Assembly: GCA_046314355.1 (NCBI GenBank)
Contig: JBKBWQ010000001.1
Span: 416,001 to 480,000, forward strand
Source of the DNA: Candidatus Altimarinota bacterium
Lineage (GTDB): Bacteria > Patescibacteriota > Gracilibacteria > 1-14-2-50-48-13
Reading direction: 5' to 3'
DNA: 64,000 nt
Positions 21,292 through 32,400 of the stretch are shown here, in pieces (position 1 is the stretch's first letter; the number at the start of each line of letters is the position of its first letter). The notes beneath the pieces are model-generated. The model worked only from the letters and a program-made list of their open reading frames with translations. It made no database searches and had not been told where the DNA came from. Made by a program: the position numbers and the translations under genes.

Positions 21292-21603
21292 TTCCCCGTT
21301 CTCTTTTCTTTCAATGGAAATAGTAAGGTGAGATGCGAGTGCAGCAATAGCGGCAACTGCAGACCAGAAAGGGATAAGGAGAACTCCTACCACTCCAATA
21401 GTCATAGGAAAATCCAGGAGGACTTTTCCTGCATTATTTTTAATAGTAATCTTTCTGATATTACCTTCCCGAAGCAATTCCTTTAGCTTTTCAATAAGAC
21501 TGTCGCCTTTGATTGAAAAATCCTCTGTATAGGATGCATTCTCCTTTTTAGTATCTTCAGTTTTACTCTCATCGCTAGTTTTATTCGTATTGCTTCGTGC
21601 CAT
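21286..21603 (-). CDS. DUF4342-like protein
   Basis: EDFSIKGDSLIEKLKELLREGNIRKITIK..P.TIGVVGVLL. Confidence 0.8.
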   Translation of the reverse strand: MARSNTNKTSDESKTEDTKKENASYTEDFSIKGDSLIEKLKELLREGNIRKITIKNNAGKVLLDFPMTIGVVGVLLIPFWSAVAAIAALASHLTISIERKENGEK

Positions 21604-21686
21604 AGTATAAAGTATGTTAGAAAAAATCATCTGCGTCTATAAAGAGTATATTCAGTTCTTTCTATTTCATCAATACCACTTTCCAT

Positions 21687-21932
21687 ATGGTACAGCCTGG
21701 GCAAATCTACCGTCATTATAAAGGAAAAGAGTACAAGATTCTCACCACTGCTAAACTAGAAGCAACTTTGGAAGATGTTGTAGTCTATGAAGGGCAATAC
21801 GAAGATACTGAGTTCGGTAAACATCCAGTATGGGTACGTCCACTTTCAAGTTTTATGGAAATTGTTCAGATTGAAAAAGATAATGGGCAGATAGAAACTA
21901 TTAGAAGATTTACTCAAGTTGGGTCAAGGTAG
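21687..21932 (+). CDS. DUF1653 family protein
   Basis: GQIYRHYKGKEY..VVVYE..WVRPLSSF..RF. Confidence 0.88.
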   Translation: MVQPGQIYRHYKGKEYKILTTAKLEATLEDVVVYEGQYEDTEFGKHPVWVRPLSSFMEIVQIEKDNGQIETIRRFTQVGSR

Positions 21933-22000
21933 TTAAAAGAACATTGACACATTTTTTGAGAGTAGTAACATATGCCGGTTTATCCCCGCAACTATTACAT

Positions 22001-22693
22001 ATGAAGCCAGAGTCTGATCCGTTGAATGATATAAGTGATAATGAAGAATCTACAAATACAGTACTAGTGAATGAAGAAAATATAGGAGATGATGGTGATC
22101 TGTTAAGTCCGATACTTATATATGGATTAATAATGGTAATAACCATTACGGCTGGGGTTACATATAAAATAAATACTTTACTTAAAAAGCCCGATTCACC
22201 TGATTCTGTCATGCAGGAGACTCTACAGGCAATCAATAAAGGATATGTGTCTGAGAGTGAGATGACTGTTTTAAGTGCAAAGCTGCACAAACAATTAAGT
22301 ATTCATAAGGATAATACTCAACTTATGCTGCACCTTGGTGATCTTTACAGAACTAATTTTGAATATAGGAAAGCATATCTACAATATCAGCTTGCCGCTG
22401 ACTCAAAGGATCAGAATGAAGCAGTAATGGCAATAGCTTCAATTAACGGTCTACTTGTTGATGCTTTTCCTAAATCTTTTAGAGATTCTTCAAAGAAAGG
22501 CATCTCTGAAGAAGTAAGAAAGGATTGCCTCTCTCATCCAGAGAAAGAAACACCTGAGTGCACAAAAATAACATTTTCTACATTCTGTGCAAAAGAACAG
22601 CATCAAAGAATTATGAAAAATTGTCAGCTCTTTAAAGAACCCTATGAAGTTACTGAAAAATCTACTACCTCACTTTCTACCTCTGATAAGTAA
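22001..22693 (+). CDS. Single-TM protein with TPR-like motif
   Basis: TM ILIYGLIMVITITAGV; LGDLY....EYRKAYLQYQLA; Cys-containing C-terminus. Confidence 0.6.
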   Translation: MKPESDPLNDISDNEESTNTVLVNEENIGDDGDLLSPILIYGLIMVITITAGVTYKINTLLKKPDSPDSVMQETLQAINKGYVSESEMTVLSAKLHKQLSIHKDNTQLMLHLGDLYRTNFEYRKAYLQYQLAADSKDQNEAVMAIASINGLLVDAFPKSFRDSSKKGISEEVRKDCLSHPEKETPECTKITFSTFCAKEQHQRIMKNCQLFKEPYEVTEKSTTSLSTSDK

Positions 22694-23879
22694 TCCTATA
22701 CACAACTCCAGCCTGATCATCAGAGACAAGCATTGATCCGTCAGGCAGTACCTGTACATCTACAGGTCTTCCCCATACCTTTCCATCTTTGAGCCATCCC
22801 GTTGCAAAATCCTCATAGGAGGAGGCAGTATTGCCATTGAGTTTTACAAGAGAAATCTTATACCCTACTGGTACAGAACTATTCCATGAACCATGCTGAG
22901 CAATAAAGATTTGATCTTTGTACTCTGCGGGAAATAAATTACCAGTATAGAATCTCATCCCCAAGGCTGCCATATGAGCTCCAAGCTTTTGTACCGGAGC
23001 TATATAATCGGCGCAGTTTTTTCCTTTTCCAAATTCTCTATCTAAAAGATCTCCACCATGACAATATGGGAATCCAAAATTTAATCCTGCCTTTTCAGCA
23101 CGGTTGAGTTCATCTGGAGGAAGATTATCCCCTAAAAGATCACGTCCGTTATCCGTAAACCAGAGTTCATCTGTACCTGGCTTCCAGTCAAATCCCACAG
23201 TATTTCTGACTCCTGTTGCAAATACTTCCTTTCCTGTTCCATCAAGATTCATGCGTGTAATATTTTCATAGGTACTATCTCTCTCGCACACATTACATGG
23301 AGCTCCTACAGGGATGTAGAGTTTTTTATCCGGACCAATGGCTATGAATTTCCAACCATGATAGGTCTCTTTAGGATAGGAGTCATTAATAACTCTAAAG
23401 AGTGCATTCTCCTTTATATTCTGATCAATATTTTCAAATTTAAGAATCCTGCTAATCTCAGCTACATAAAGATTTCCATCTAGATATGCTACTCCATTTG
23501 GCTGATTTAATCCTTTGGCAATAATAGTTGTCTTGTCGGCTACTCCATCTTTATTTGTATCCTGCAGTGCGTATACTACTCCTTTTTCTTTTGTACCTAC
23601 AAATACCGTCCCCTCTTTACCAAGAGTAAGTGACCTTGCACCATCTATATCCTTAGCAAATAAACTGATGGAAAAACCATCAGGGAGTTTGATAGAATCA
23701 AGAGGCAGATCAGTGTCTATGGCATTTACTGGAGGTAATGTCTCGTTACTATTCATATTAACATTTCCAGACATCAGATTTGAATTCATCTGTCTCATCT
23801 CAGTACTAGATGGTGCGCATGCACTGAAAAATAGGAGGCTTCCAAGCAGGAGGCTGAACTTGATATTCCGTATAATCAT
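22677..23879 (-). CDS. Sorbosone/aldose sugar dehydrogenase family lipoprotein (beta-propeller)
   Basis: Lipobox FSAC; GVRNTVGFDW, TDNGRD, PPDELN, AQHGSWN, GRPVDV. Confidence 0.9.
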   Translation of the reverse strand: MIIRNIKFSLLLGSLLFFSACAPSSTEMRQMNSNLMSGNVNMNSNETLPPVNAIDTDLPLDSIKLPDGFSISLFAKDIDGARSLTLGKEGTVFVGTKEKGVVYALQDTNKDGVADKTTIIAKGLNQPNGVAYLDGNLYVAEISRILKFENIDQNIKENALFRVINDSYPKETYHGWKFIAIGPDKKLYIPVGAPCNVCERDSTYENITRMNLDGTGKEVFATGVRNTVGFDWKPGTDELWFTDNGRDLLGDNLPPDELNRAEKAGLNFGFPYCHGGDLLDREFGKGKNCADYIAPVQKLGAHMAALGMRFYTGNLFPAEYKDQIFIAQHGSWNSSVPVGYKISLVKLNGNTASSYEDFATGWLKDGKVWGRPVDVQVLPDGSMLVSDDQAGVVYRITYQR

Positions 23880-23959
23880 AGTGAGAATTGCTAAGGATGA
23901 TCTGAAATCATACCACAGCAAAAATATTTTTCCAGTAGTTTAAGGAAATCGTAACTACA

Positions 23960-24958
23960 CTAGAGTGTATTTATAAGCTTACCATCATAAAAAGACTGAA
24001 TAGTTTCCGATGTGGTTTGAATAATTCTTTCAAGTGCCTCCTTACTGTAAAAACCAATATGCGGCGTAAATACGACATTTTCCATCTTCATGATCATGTC
24101 ATCTCGAGAAAGAGTTTCAAGCGCTTTCGTATTCCCTTTCTCCCGCAGCAGCTCCTTGTCTTCCCGAATAAATTCCTCTCCCTCAAGCACATCTAATCCT
24201 GCACCTGAGAGGATGTTCTTCTCAAGAGCTTCAAGCAAGGCATCTGTATCCACCACCGCTCCTCTTGCAGTATTTATCAGTATTGCTCCTTTTTTTATAT
24301 ATCCAATGCGTTCTTTATTAATCAGATGATGTGTATGGGCATTATAAGGCACATGCAGCGTAATAATATCCGAACACTGCAGGATATCATTGATTTCTGC
24401 ATATTCAAATCCCATGACTTCCGCCATAAAAGTATCCTTCTTTACATCAAAGGCTTTCACATGCATACCAAAACCTTTTGCAATACGGATAACATGCAGT
24501 CCTATCCTGCCCGCACCGATGACTCCTAATGTTTTTCCTTTTAGATCGAATCCTTCAAGTCCTTTAATAGAAAAATCCCCTTGTAGAGTACGCATATAAG
24601 ATTTATGCACATTTCTAGAAAGAGAAAGTATGAGTGCAAAGGTATGTTCCGCCACGGTATTTTCTCCATAGAAAGGGACATTTGCAGCTGCTATATTTCT
24701 TTTTTTACACTCCACAAGATCGATATGATCGTATCCAGTAGATCTTGTGGTCACTAACTTAAGATTTGGTAAAAGATCGAGGACATCTTTTGTAACCTCA
24801 GAGTATATAAAGACAGAAATAATCTCTGCATCAGCAAATTCAGCAGCATTCTCTGCGGAGAGAGATTCGTTTACAAACTCTATAGTCTCCGCCTGTGGAA
24901 AAAATTTATAGAGATTCTGTCTATCATGCTCTTCACAGTCAAAGAAAACGATCCTCAT
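23960..24958 (-). CDS. D-2-hydroxyacid (D-lactate-type) dehydrogenase
   Basis: TRSTGYDHID, VAEH, GVIGAGRIG, INTARG, GLDVLE, TPHIG. Confidence 0.92.
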   Translation of the reverse strand: MRIVFFDCEEHDRQNLYKFFPQAETIEFVNESLSAENAAEFADAEIISVFIYSEVTKDVLDLLPNLKLVTTRSTGYDHIDLVECKKRNIAAANVPFYGENTVAEHTFALILSLSRNVHKSYMRTLQGDFSIKGLEGFDLKGKTLGVIGAGRIGLHVIRIAKGFGMHVKAFDVKKDTFMAEVMGFEYAEINDILQCSDIITLHVPYNAHTHHLINKERIGYIKKGAILINTARGAVVDTDALLEALEKNILSGAGLDVLEGEEFIREDKELLREKGNTKALETLSRDDMIMKMENVVFTPHIGFYSKEALERIIQTTSETIQSFYDGKLINTL

Positions 24959-25012
24959 ATAATCGGAAAAATTAAATATTCATTATAGTTTATCATAGTT
25001 CTATCTATTACT

Positions 25013-25909
25013 CTATGCCCCCTTTGGACAAAGTACAGAAATAGCCTTTGGTACAACTGTGATTTCAACAGGAGTGCTGCCTATGATCTCTCCATCTGCA
25101 TGTACCGGCAGCTTCTTCTTACAGTCTATTTTTACTTCCTTACAGGACTGAGAAAAATACAGCTTTTTGCTTACTTTAAATTTAGTAAAAAAGAAGTTGA
25201 GGGTAAGTCTTACGTAATCGAGCAGAGTTTTAGGTCGTGCTGCACAGACATCTATTCTGCCGTCGATCATCGAAATGGATTCTCCAAAACTCAGTCCCAT
25301 ACCCAAAAATACATCTGTATTTGCTATAATAATGTCAGCAGCCTTGAGTTCTACAGGTTTATCATCCAGCAGCAGCCGGTATCTTCTTGATTTATGTGCA
25401 AAAACTTTACCCAGCCCAATGAAAATATACATTAATCTTCCAAAAAGTTTCTTATGCTGCTGAGTGGCTTCTTTGGTTACTTCAGAGCTAAGGCCAATAG
25501 TGATTTGCAGAAAGTAATATTCATTCATACACTTCATTGCATCCAGTTTAAGTGTGGTGTCTGATTCTGCGCATATTTCCAAAGCTCTCCTCACATCTAT
25601 CGGCAGCTGGATAGCTCTTGCAAACACGTTCGCAGTGCCCAGCGGTATAATAGAGAGTATCTGTGAGCTTTTCACTAATTCAGAAGCAACTCCTGCCACA
25701 GTACCATCACCTCCGCATGCAACCACTACATCATATTTTTTCTTTTTAAGTTCTTTTTTCAGCTGATCTTTGATCGATCCTTTATTCAAGGTATAGAGTG
25801 TGTATTTCTTATGAGGATGCACAGCAAATACTTCCTCGATCATTTCAGGAAAACCCTTATCAAGCGCGCTTCCAGAATCAGGATTAATAACAAAGAGAAA
25901 GTTTTGCAT
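25013..25909 (-). CDS. Diacylglycerol/lipid kinase family protein (YegS-like)
   Basis: NPDSG, GGDGT, PLGTANVFAR, ADGE. Confidence 0.92.
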   Translation of the reverse strand: MQNFLFVINPDSGSALDKGFPEMIEEVFAVHPHKKYTLYTLNKGSIKDQLKKELKKKKYDVVVACGGDGTVAGVASELVKSSQILSIIPLGTANVFARAIQLPIDVRRALEICAESDTTLKLDAMKCMNEYYFLQITIGLSSEVTKEATQQHKKLFGRLMYIFIGLGKVFAHKSRRYRLLLDDKPVELKAADIIIANTDVFLGMGLSFGESISMIDGRIDVCAARPKTLLDYVRLTLNFFFTKFKVSKKLYFSQSCKEVKIDCKKKLPVHADGEIIGSTPVEITVVPKAISVLCPKGA

Positions 25910-25990
25910 ACGGAAAAGTTCAGATATTGATGTTCCTAGTGTACATTGGATTTCTAAAAATGAAACAATTAGTTTATTGAGCAGAGATAA

Positions 25991-26018
25991 TTGACATATT
26001 AATATATTATTTTATAAT
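25991..26018 (+). promoter_or_regulatory. Consensus sigma70 promoter
   Basis: TTGACA-16 nt-TATAAT upstream of the SLH gene. Confidence 0.75.
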
Positions 26019-26123
26019 ACACATAATTATATAATTTTATCCATTACCAAAACAAATATACATAAAAATGTAACCTTTTAGAAAACCGCACGTTTAAAAC
26101 TATATATACCTTTTCTCACCCCT

Positions 26124-28160
26124 ATGAAAAAGTTCCTTAGTACATTTCTTTTACTTTGTATAGCAAGTACCTCTATCCTTTCTGGAGAGTCTATATCTGA
26201 AGTAAAAGCAGCAGGTCCCTTCTCCGATGTAGACAGCAGCAATACCTATTATGATGCCCTCTCCTATCTGCAGGAAGAAGGAATCTTAAAAGGAAATCCT
26301 GACGGAACATTTAAGCCTTACAGCACACTCAACCGTGCAGAATTTGTAACTATCATCGTGAGAGCACAGCATCTGGATACAGGCGGCTGCAGCATTAGCT
26401 CTGATGTATTTCCAGATGTTGGACGGGACCAATGGTATGCGGCATCTATTTGTTATGCATATAAAAGCGGCCTAGTAACTGGATATCCGGATGGAACATT
26501 CCGTCCCACTAGCCCTATTTCTTTTGTGGAGGCAGCAAAGATACTTACCCCAGATTATTTAAAGGAATATTATGACTACCCTGCAAATCCGTGGTATGAA
26601 GCTCCTGTTGAGTATTTAGAATCTGAGTCTGCTATTCCTACAAGTATTTCAAGCTTTGATCAAAGAATCATCCGAGGCGAAATGGCAGAAATACTCTACC
26701 GAACACGAACATCTGGATATAGGAATAAATATGGTGTTCAAAATCCAGTATCACTCTCATACGAGCAGTTAGGTCATCTCTCTGACCAAAACAGTACTTA
26801 CTCAAACACGACATACGGTTTTTCATTTCAGCTCCCAAATGACCTTCAGGGATATAAAATTGCCAATGAAAAGACAAATCCTTTTGAGGGTGTAGGATTT
26901 AGCTCTACTGCTGAACCAATAGATGCGGATACACTCATATTCTATATGAACCCAAGTGAAAAGCCGGCTGCCACTGAGTTATTTAGGATTCATGCAGTGA
27001 CATTAACGCAAAAAGCTCTCTTTGAGAAAAATATAGAAAATACTCAGTATGGAATGGGAGAGACTACACCTGAGTTATTAACTACGACAAACTCTCATGC
27101 ATTTTTTATTGATATGCAGTCAGATGTAGCATCAGACGGAAGATATACTTCTACTTTCCGTAAGAGTACCTGGGGATATAATCGCATCAAATCCTTCATA
27201 CAGAATACAGTACAAATCACACAAACAGGAACTACTAGTAATACCACCTTTACTCTCAGCTCTTCCAATGAACAATTGCAAATCTGGGAAGATAGTGGCA
27301 GTGGTTACTGCGAAGGTGATCGTCTATATAAAGGAACTTATACAATATCCGTAGAACAAAATAAGCTCAATATAGGAGAACATACTTTCCTCGGAGGAGG
27401 AGAAAATGCATGTGATTATTATAATGAAGAACACAGGAAAGTTGATGTTGTTCGTATGGATAATGGAAAGCTCTATGGTTTTGCGTATAGTGAGTCATAT
27501 AAAGCTAAAAAAGTAATTGCTGTTGTATACGATCCGCAAAGCAAAATATTAAAGCAAGTAAATTTTTATGATGAGAACGGACAAATTTACAATAATACTT
27601 CTTTGAATTCTGATACCCTAGGCATGTATTCCAGTAATTCTGAGGCAGAGAAGAACGACAAATATATTACTTTTCATACCTATCCGTGTTGCGGATCAGC
27701 AGGTTTTTATGGAGAGGAGTATTTCCAACCAGCAGATAGCGATCCGTCTATTCTCATCCTCAGAAAATTTACTACAGGACAGAATGAAAATGAGACTTCT
27801 TTTGAAGATGGTGGGGTCATAGAAGGAGCAGAACCACAGGATGCAGCACTTGCCACAGTATATAGATTTTACAGAGCCCTTCGTTACGCAGACGGAGCGA
27901 AAGCCGTACAGGAAGTAGTTCCTGAAAAAAGAGAAACAGGTGCCTATAAATCCTCTGAGATATCAGACACTTATAGTAGTTGGAATCTGGCAATGGCACT
28001 ACATCTTATTGAATTGAAGAAAGTAGATTCAAAAACCATTTCTGTAGTATACAAATATGCAACAGACACTAGGACATGTGAAGATAAAGCTACTGTATCA
28101 CTTAGGCAAGATGGAGATAAATTTTTTATTGAAAAAATTGTCCCTGAAAAAGGATGCTAA
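26124..28160 (+). CDS. SLH-domain surface protein with variable C-terminal modules
   Basis: Signal peptide; FSDV..GNPDGTFKPYSTLNRAEF; GYPDGTFRP; IIRGEMAEILYR. Confidence 0.85.
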   Translation: MKKFLSTFLLLCIASTSILSGESISEVKAAGPFSDVDSSNTYYDALSYLQEEGILKGNPDGTFKPYSTLNRAEFVTIIVRAQHLDTGGCSISSDVFPDVGRDQWYAASICYAYKSGLVTGYPDGTFRPTSPISFVEAAKILTPDYLKEYYDYPANPWYEAPVEYLESESAIPTSISSFDQRIIRGEMAEILYRTRTSGYRNKYGVQNPVSLSYEQLGHLSDQNSTYSNTTYGFSFQLPNDLQGYKIANEKTNPFEGVGFSSTAEPIDADTLIFYMNPSEKPAATELFRIHAVTLTQKALFEKNIENTQYGMGETTPELLTTTNSHAFFIDMQSDVASDGRYTSTFRKSTWGYNRIKSFIQNTVQITQTGTTSNTTFTLSSSNEQLQIWEDSGSGYCEGDRLYKGTYTISVEQNKLNIGEHTFLGGGENACDYYNEEHRKVDVVRMDNGKLYGFAYSESYKAKKVIAVVYDPQSKILKQVNFYDENGQIYNNTSLNSDTLGMYSSNSEAEKNDKYITFHTYPCCGSAGFYGEEYFQPADSDPSILILRKFTTGQNENETSFEDGGVIEGAEPQDAALATVYRFYRALRYADGAKAVQEVVPEKRETGAYKSSEISDTYSSWNLAMALHLIELKKVDSKTISVVYKYATDTRTCEDKATVSLRQDGDKFFIEKIVPEKGC

Positions 28161-28206
28161 TCCGGTCTCACAATATTATTTTATTCGCAAATTTTATCAT
28201 TACACT

Positions 28207-29034
28207 ATGTTTAAAGAAAGTCACATTCGTATTTACGGCATGATAATCCCAGTAATGCTTCTCGTCACTAGCTGTGGAAACACAGTTCAGAAAATTGATG
28301 TGAAAACTCCAGTCTCAAGCGGTACAACAGTACAAGTAGAAAACTCTAATACAAATCAGGGGATGCAGAGTCAGAACAATAATACAAATGCTATTACTGT
28401 TTCTGATACAGGTACTATTGCTCCTGAGGATCAAAGCACAGAGCCTCCTGAAACACTTAATACATCAAGTACTAAAATAGTATCTTGTATGAATTTCTAT
28501 GAACAAAATCGGGATGAAAAAGCTCTGAAAACGTGGAAAGATCTTCTTGATAAGTTTTATCCTACCTTCCCTGGAGTAATGCCTGGTGAAGTATGTACCC
28601 TTAATACAGGAAATATTTTAGTGACTGCTGCACTAGATGGATACTATATGCCTAGTAATCCTGAAGCTACCATAACACCTCCAGAGAAGCCTTACAAAAA
28701 GGTGATTCTCTTCGATAAGAATAAACGGCACCTTCTTTCTACTACGGGACTCACATGTCCGAATCTTGGAGATACTGGAATACCTACTGTGGATAAAGAA
28801 AAATCATTTAAAGATAATGCAATTATCATAAATTGTTCTGGAGGAGATGCCGGTCATACCTTTAAACAGGTTATACGTGTGAATACAAAAGACTTCTCTT
28901 TCGGTATCATCAAAGAAGTACACACTGGTCCAGCTGAAGGATATATCACTGGTGAAGAAAAGCAGGATTTTATTGAAACCACAAAAGAATTACAGCCGGA
29001 CGGTACATGGAAGGTTACAGAGAAGAAGGTTTAG
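28207..29034 (+). CDS. Lipoprotein
   Basis: Lipobox LLVTSC after ATG 28207, followed by an N/T/Q-rich linker. Confidence 0.7.
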   Translation: MFKESHIRIYGMIIPVMLLVTSCGNTVQKIDVKTPVSSGTTVQVENSNTNQGMQSQNNNTNAITVSDTGTIAPEDQSTEPPETLNTSSTKIVSCMNFYEQNRDEKALKTWKDLLDKFYPTFPGVMPGEVCTLNTGNILVTAALDGYYMPSNPEATITPPEKPYKKVILFDKNKRHLLSTTGLTCPNLGDTGIPTVDKEKSFKDNAIIINCSGGDAGHTFKQVIRVNTKDFSFGIIKEVHTGPAEGYITGEEKQDFIETTKELQPDGTWKVTEKKV

Positions 29035-29050
29035 TCCTTTCAAAGTAATA

Positions 29051-29089
29051 AAAAAATACTCCTCACTTTTCTAAGTGGGAGTATTTTTT
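29051..29089. terminator. Bidirectional terminator
   Basis: aaaaaatactc..gagtattttttt between convergent genes. Confidence 0.8.
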
Positions 29090-29114
29090 TGAAAATAATT
29101 TCATTAAACAATAT

Positions 29115-29870
29115 CTATTTTTCAAGAATATATTCTCTAAGCCACCAAAGGAAAGGCTCCGCAAAATCTTTATTTTTCCAATCTAGCTCAGGATGCCACT
29201 GTACACCAAGGATTCCTTTTTCTTTATTAGATACTGCCTCTACAAGACCATCTATCCCCACCGCTTCCACAAATAGTTCCTTTCCCAGATCTTTTATCCC
29301 TTGATGATGATAACTATTCACACTCAATTCTGATTCAGAAAAAATCTCTTTCAATACGCCACCATCTCTTAAGACTACGGGGTGAAAAGTATGCTCAATC
29401 TGCTCAATGTCTTTTTCGATAAAGCTTCCTGTGGAGGATTTGATATGAGTATGCCAGTCTTCTTCCTCGAGATGCTGGTAAAGCGTACCCCCTAAAGAAA
29501 TATTGATCATCTGAAGCCCTCTGCATATCCCAAAAACAGGAATATTTCTTTCAAAAGCATAACGTATAAGCGCCAGTTCATAATAGTCGCGAAAAGGTTG
29601 TACCCCCTGAGTATTTTCCTCTTCTTCTCCATACATAACCGCAGAGATATCATTGCCGCCCTGAAGAATGATTCCAGCAAATTCTTCTATAGAAAAGAGA
29701 TCCTCAACATAATCCTGTGCATCTTTGTATGAACTTAGATCAGTTGAGTAAAAGGCAAGCACAGGAAGTATTCCCTGCTCTATTAGAAACTCTCCAATGG
29801 AATTGGTAGCAAAACTTCTATACGTATTTCCAAGCTGAAAAAAACGTGGAGCAATGAGAACTTTCTTCAT
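29115..29870 (-). CDS. Gamma-glutamyl-gamma-aminobutyrate hydrolase family (peptidase C26, class I glutamine amidotransferase-like)
   Basis: GGND, FGICRGLQMINISLGGTLYQ, VNSYHHQG, GVQWHPE. Confidence 0.92.
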   Translation of the reverse strand: MKKVLIAPRFFQLGNTYRSFATNSIGEFLIEQGILPVLAFYSTDLSSYKDAQDYVEDLFSIEEFAGIILQGGNDISAVMYGEEEENTQGVQPFRDYYELALIRYAFERNIPVFGICRGLQMINISLGGTLYQHLEEEDWHTHIKSSTGSFIEKDIEQIEHTFHPVVLRDGGVLKEIFSESELSVNSYHHQGIKDLGKELFVEAVGIDGLVEAVSNKEKGILGVQWHPELDWKNKDFAEPFLWWLREYILEK

Positions 29871-30038
29871 AGAAGGAAAAGTAGATAACGGATTCTATTA
29901 TACGTGCATCTGGAAAAGTGCAAGCTAAGGTTTTTCAAGAGGCTGTAAAAACATAGCAACTGCAGTATATTTCTGTATTTCTTATTCCATTTTTCTATTT
30001 CTTCAGTACCATAAAGCTCAAGTTTACAATGAATATTT

Positions 30039-31766
30039 ATGGCAGACCAGATAAAACAACTTCTCCTTAGAGATCTCACCGTCGGATTTAAAGACCAGCT
30101 TCTCTTTCAGAACCTATCCATCAAAATATCTGATACCGATAGACTCGGTATTGTGGGTATCAATGGTGCTGGTAAGTCCACATTCCTCAGGATCCTTCAA
30201 GGCATGCTCTCGCCTGTAGAAGGTCAGGTAGAAAAAACAGGTAATATTCAGACAGGCTATGTACAGCAGCTTCATGAAAATCTCACACATAGTGTCTGGG
30301 AAGAGCTTGAGACATGTTTTCAGAATCTCAAAGATATAGAAAAAGACATGTCTATTTTCGAAGACAAGATGGCCGCAGGAGATGTGAGTGAAGAAACTCT
30401 GCAGGGTTATTCTGATCTGCAGGAGCAGTATCAGCTGCTCGGAGGGTATCTGTATCAGAACTCTATTCACCAGGTACTCACAGGACTTCAGTTTCCAAAG
30501 GATCTCTGGCACGCCTCTCTTGATATCTTAAGCGGAGGACAGCGTACAAAAATATCTCTCGCCAAGATGATCCTGATAGAACCCGATATCCTCCTCCTCG
30601 ATGAGCCTACCAATTTCCTAGACTTGGATGCAGTAGAATGGCTGGAATATTATCTCAATGATAAATGGAAAAAAGGATTTATTATTGTCTCCCATGACCG
30701 TTACTTTTTGGACAAAGTTACAAAAGAAACTCTCGAAATGATACCGGAACGTACGCCTGAATATTACCCGGTACCTTATACGGACTACATCGCAGAACGT
30801 GAACGGCGTGAGAAACGGAAGCTCGATATGTATGAGCATCAGCAGACAGAGATCATGCGGCAGGAAGAGATCGTGCGCAGACTTCGAGCAGGATCCCGTG
30901 CAAGTATTGCTCAAAGCCGCATGAAGATGCTGGATAAGATAGAGCGCATAGATAAACCCGTGGAACTGAAGGAACCGTCTATTACCTTTAAGAAGGCTGA
31001 TCCGAGCGGTGACTCTGTCATTCGGTTTAAGGACGCTTTCATCGGTTATGATAAGGAGAACCCGCTCTACTATATAGGAGAACTCAGTCTTCAAAGAGGA
31101 CAGAAAGTAGCGATTATGGGACCAAATGGCTGTGGAAAGACTACACTCTTTCATACACTCATGAATGAGATAGAACCCCTCACAGGATTTTTATCCTACG
31201 GAAAAGATCTCAAGATCGGCTACTACGCACAGACTCTTGCGCATCTCAATCCAGCAAATTCTATTCTTGATGAAATATTTGAATTTGCAAAGGATATGAC
31301 ACGAGAGGAAGTACGGAGATTTATGGGGCGATTCTTATTTTCAGGAGATGAGATCTATAAAAAGATAGAAGTCTTAAGCGGAGGAGAAAGAGCCCGGGTA
31401 GCTCTCGCAAAACTTACTCTCTCCCCTACGAACGTACTGCTCCTTGATGAGCCAACCAATCACTTAGATTATCTTGCTCGTGAAGCTCTTGAAGAAGGAT
31501 TGAGAAATTATAAAGGTACTATTTTATTCATCTCCCATGATCGTTATTTCATAGATAAAATAGCAACACATCTCTGGATAGTGGATCCTGAGATTGGAGA
31601 ACTCAGAATGCAGTATGGAAACTACAGTGACTATCAAGAACGTAAGAATCGAGGTTCTTACAATTTTGAATCATGGGAACAGGAGGAAGGTGAACTTTTA
31701 GTCACAGAGATAGAAAAAGCCGGAGGCGAAGAGAACTGGAAGAAAAAGAAGAAGCGGAGTAAGTAA
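30039..31766 (+). CDS. ABC-F family ATPase
   Basis: Two NBDs (GINGAGKST/LSGGQ/LLDEPTN; GPNGCGKTT/LSGGE/LLDEPTNHLD), no TMs. Confidence 0.95.
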   Translation: MADQIKQLLLRDLTVGFKDQLLFQNLSIKISDTDRLGIVGINGAGKSTFLRILQGMLSPVEGQVEKTGNIQTGYVQQLHENLTHSVWEELETCFQNLKDIEKDMSIFEDKMAAGDVSEETLQGYSDLQEQYQLLGGYLYQNSIHQVLTGLQFPKDLWHASLDILSGGQRTKISLAKMILIEPDILLLDEPTNFLDLDAVEWLEYYLNDKWKKGFIIVSHDRYFLDKVTKETLEMIPERTPEYYPVPYTDYIAERERREKRKLDMYEHQQTEIMRQEEIVRRLRAGSRASIAQSRMKMLDKIERIDKPVELKEPSITFKKADPSGDSVIRFKDAFIGYDKENPLYYIGELSLQRGQKVAIMGPNGCGKTTLFHTLMNEIEPLTGFLSYGKDLKIGYYAQTLAHLNPANSILDEIFEFAKDMTREEVRRFMGRFLFSGDEIYKKIEVLSGGERARVALAKLTLSPTNVLLLDEPTNHLDYLAREALEEGLRNYKGTILFISHDRYFIDKIATHLWIVDPEIGELRMQYGNYSDYQERKNRGSYNFESWEQEEGELLVTEIEKAGGEENWKKKKKRSK

Positions 31767-31885
31767 CATCTCATTACAATTAATAACACATAAGAATTTT
31801 ACTAAAAGTAAATGTTCTTTATTTGTATTTGACAATAATGCTCATATCATGTAAATGAATTTCACTGAATTTTAACTATTTTGTG

Positions 31886-32365
31886 ATGAAGAATAAAAAC
31901 GAGCAGATGAAAGACCAGATAAGTGATGCAGAAAAAAGTGTATACCTTATCGACGACAGCGAAATTAATACAAAGCTTTTGAAGCAGATGATGGAATATT
32001 ATGCATTTAAGACTCTCAACCGCGTGTGTAGAGTAGAGACCTTTTCAAATGCGAAGGATGCATTTGAAGCGATCTTAGTAAATACGCCAGACACAGTGAT
32101 CACTGATCAGCGTATGCCGGGAATGAAAGGTACAGACCTTGTAAATGCAATACTGGAATCAGATCAGATTATTTCCAAACCCAAAATCATTCTTCTAAGC
32201 GGTGATACTAACCTCAAAGAAATATCAGATCTTCGTAAAGCGAAACACGAGAGTGTAAAAGCTATTTTAGATAAAACTGGTCACAGAGAACAAACCTATG
32301 AAATGCTTAATATAGTCTTTGATATCCAAAATAAGAAAATCAAGCCTGTACATCGGAGAATGTAA
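31886..32365 (+). CDS. Single-domain response regulator (receiver)
   Basis: IDDS, ITDQRMPGMKG, LLSG, ILDK. Confidence 0.85.
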   Translation: MKNKNEQMKDQISDAEKSVYLIDDSEINTKLLKQMMEYYAFKTLNRVCRVETFSNAKDAFEAILVNTPDTVITDQRMPGMKGTDLVNAILESDQIISKPKIILLSGDTNLKEISDLRKAKHESVKAILDKTGHREQTYEMLNIVFDIQNKKIKPVHRRM

Positions 32366-32368
32366 AAT

Positions 32369-32399
32369 AAAAGCACCGCATTAGACGCGGTGCTTTTTT
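32369..32399. terminator. Bidirectional terminator
   Basis: aaaagcaccgc-attagac-gcggtgcttttt. Confidence 0.85.
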
Positions 32400-32400
32400 A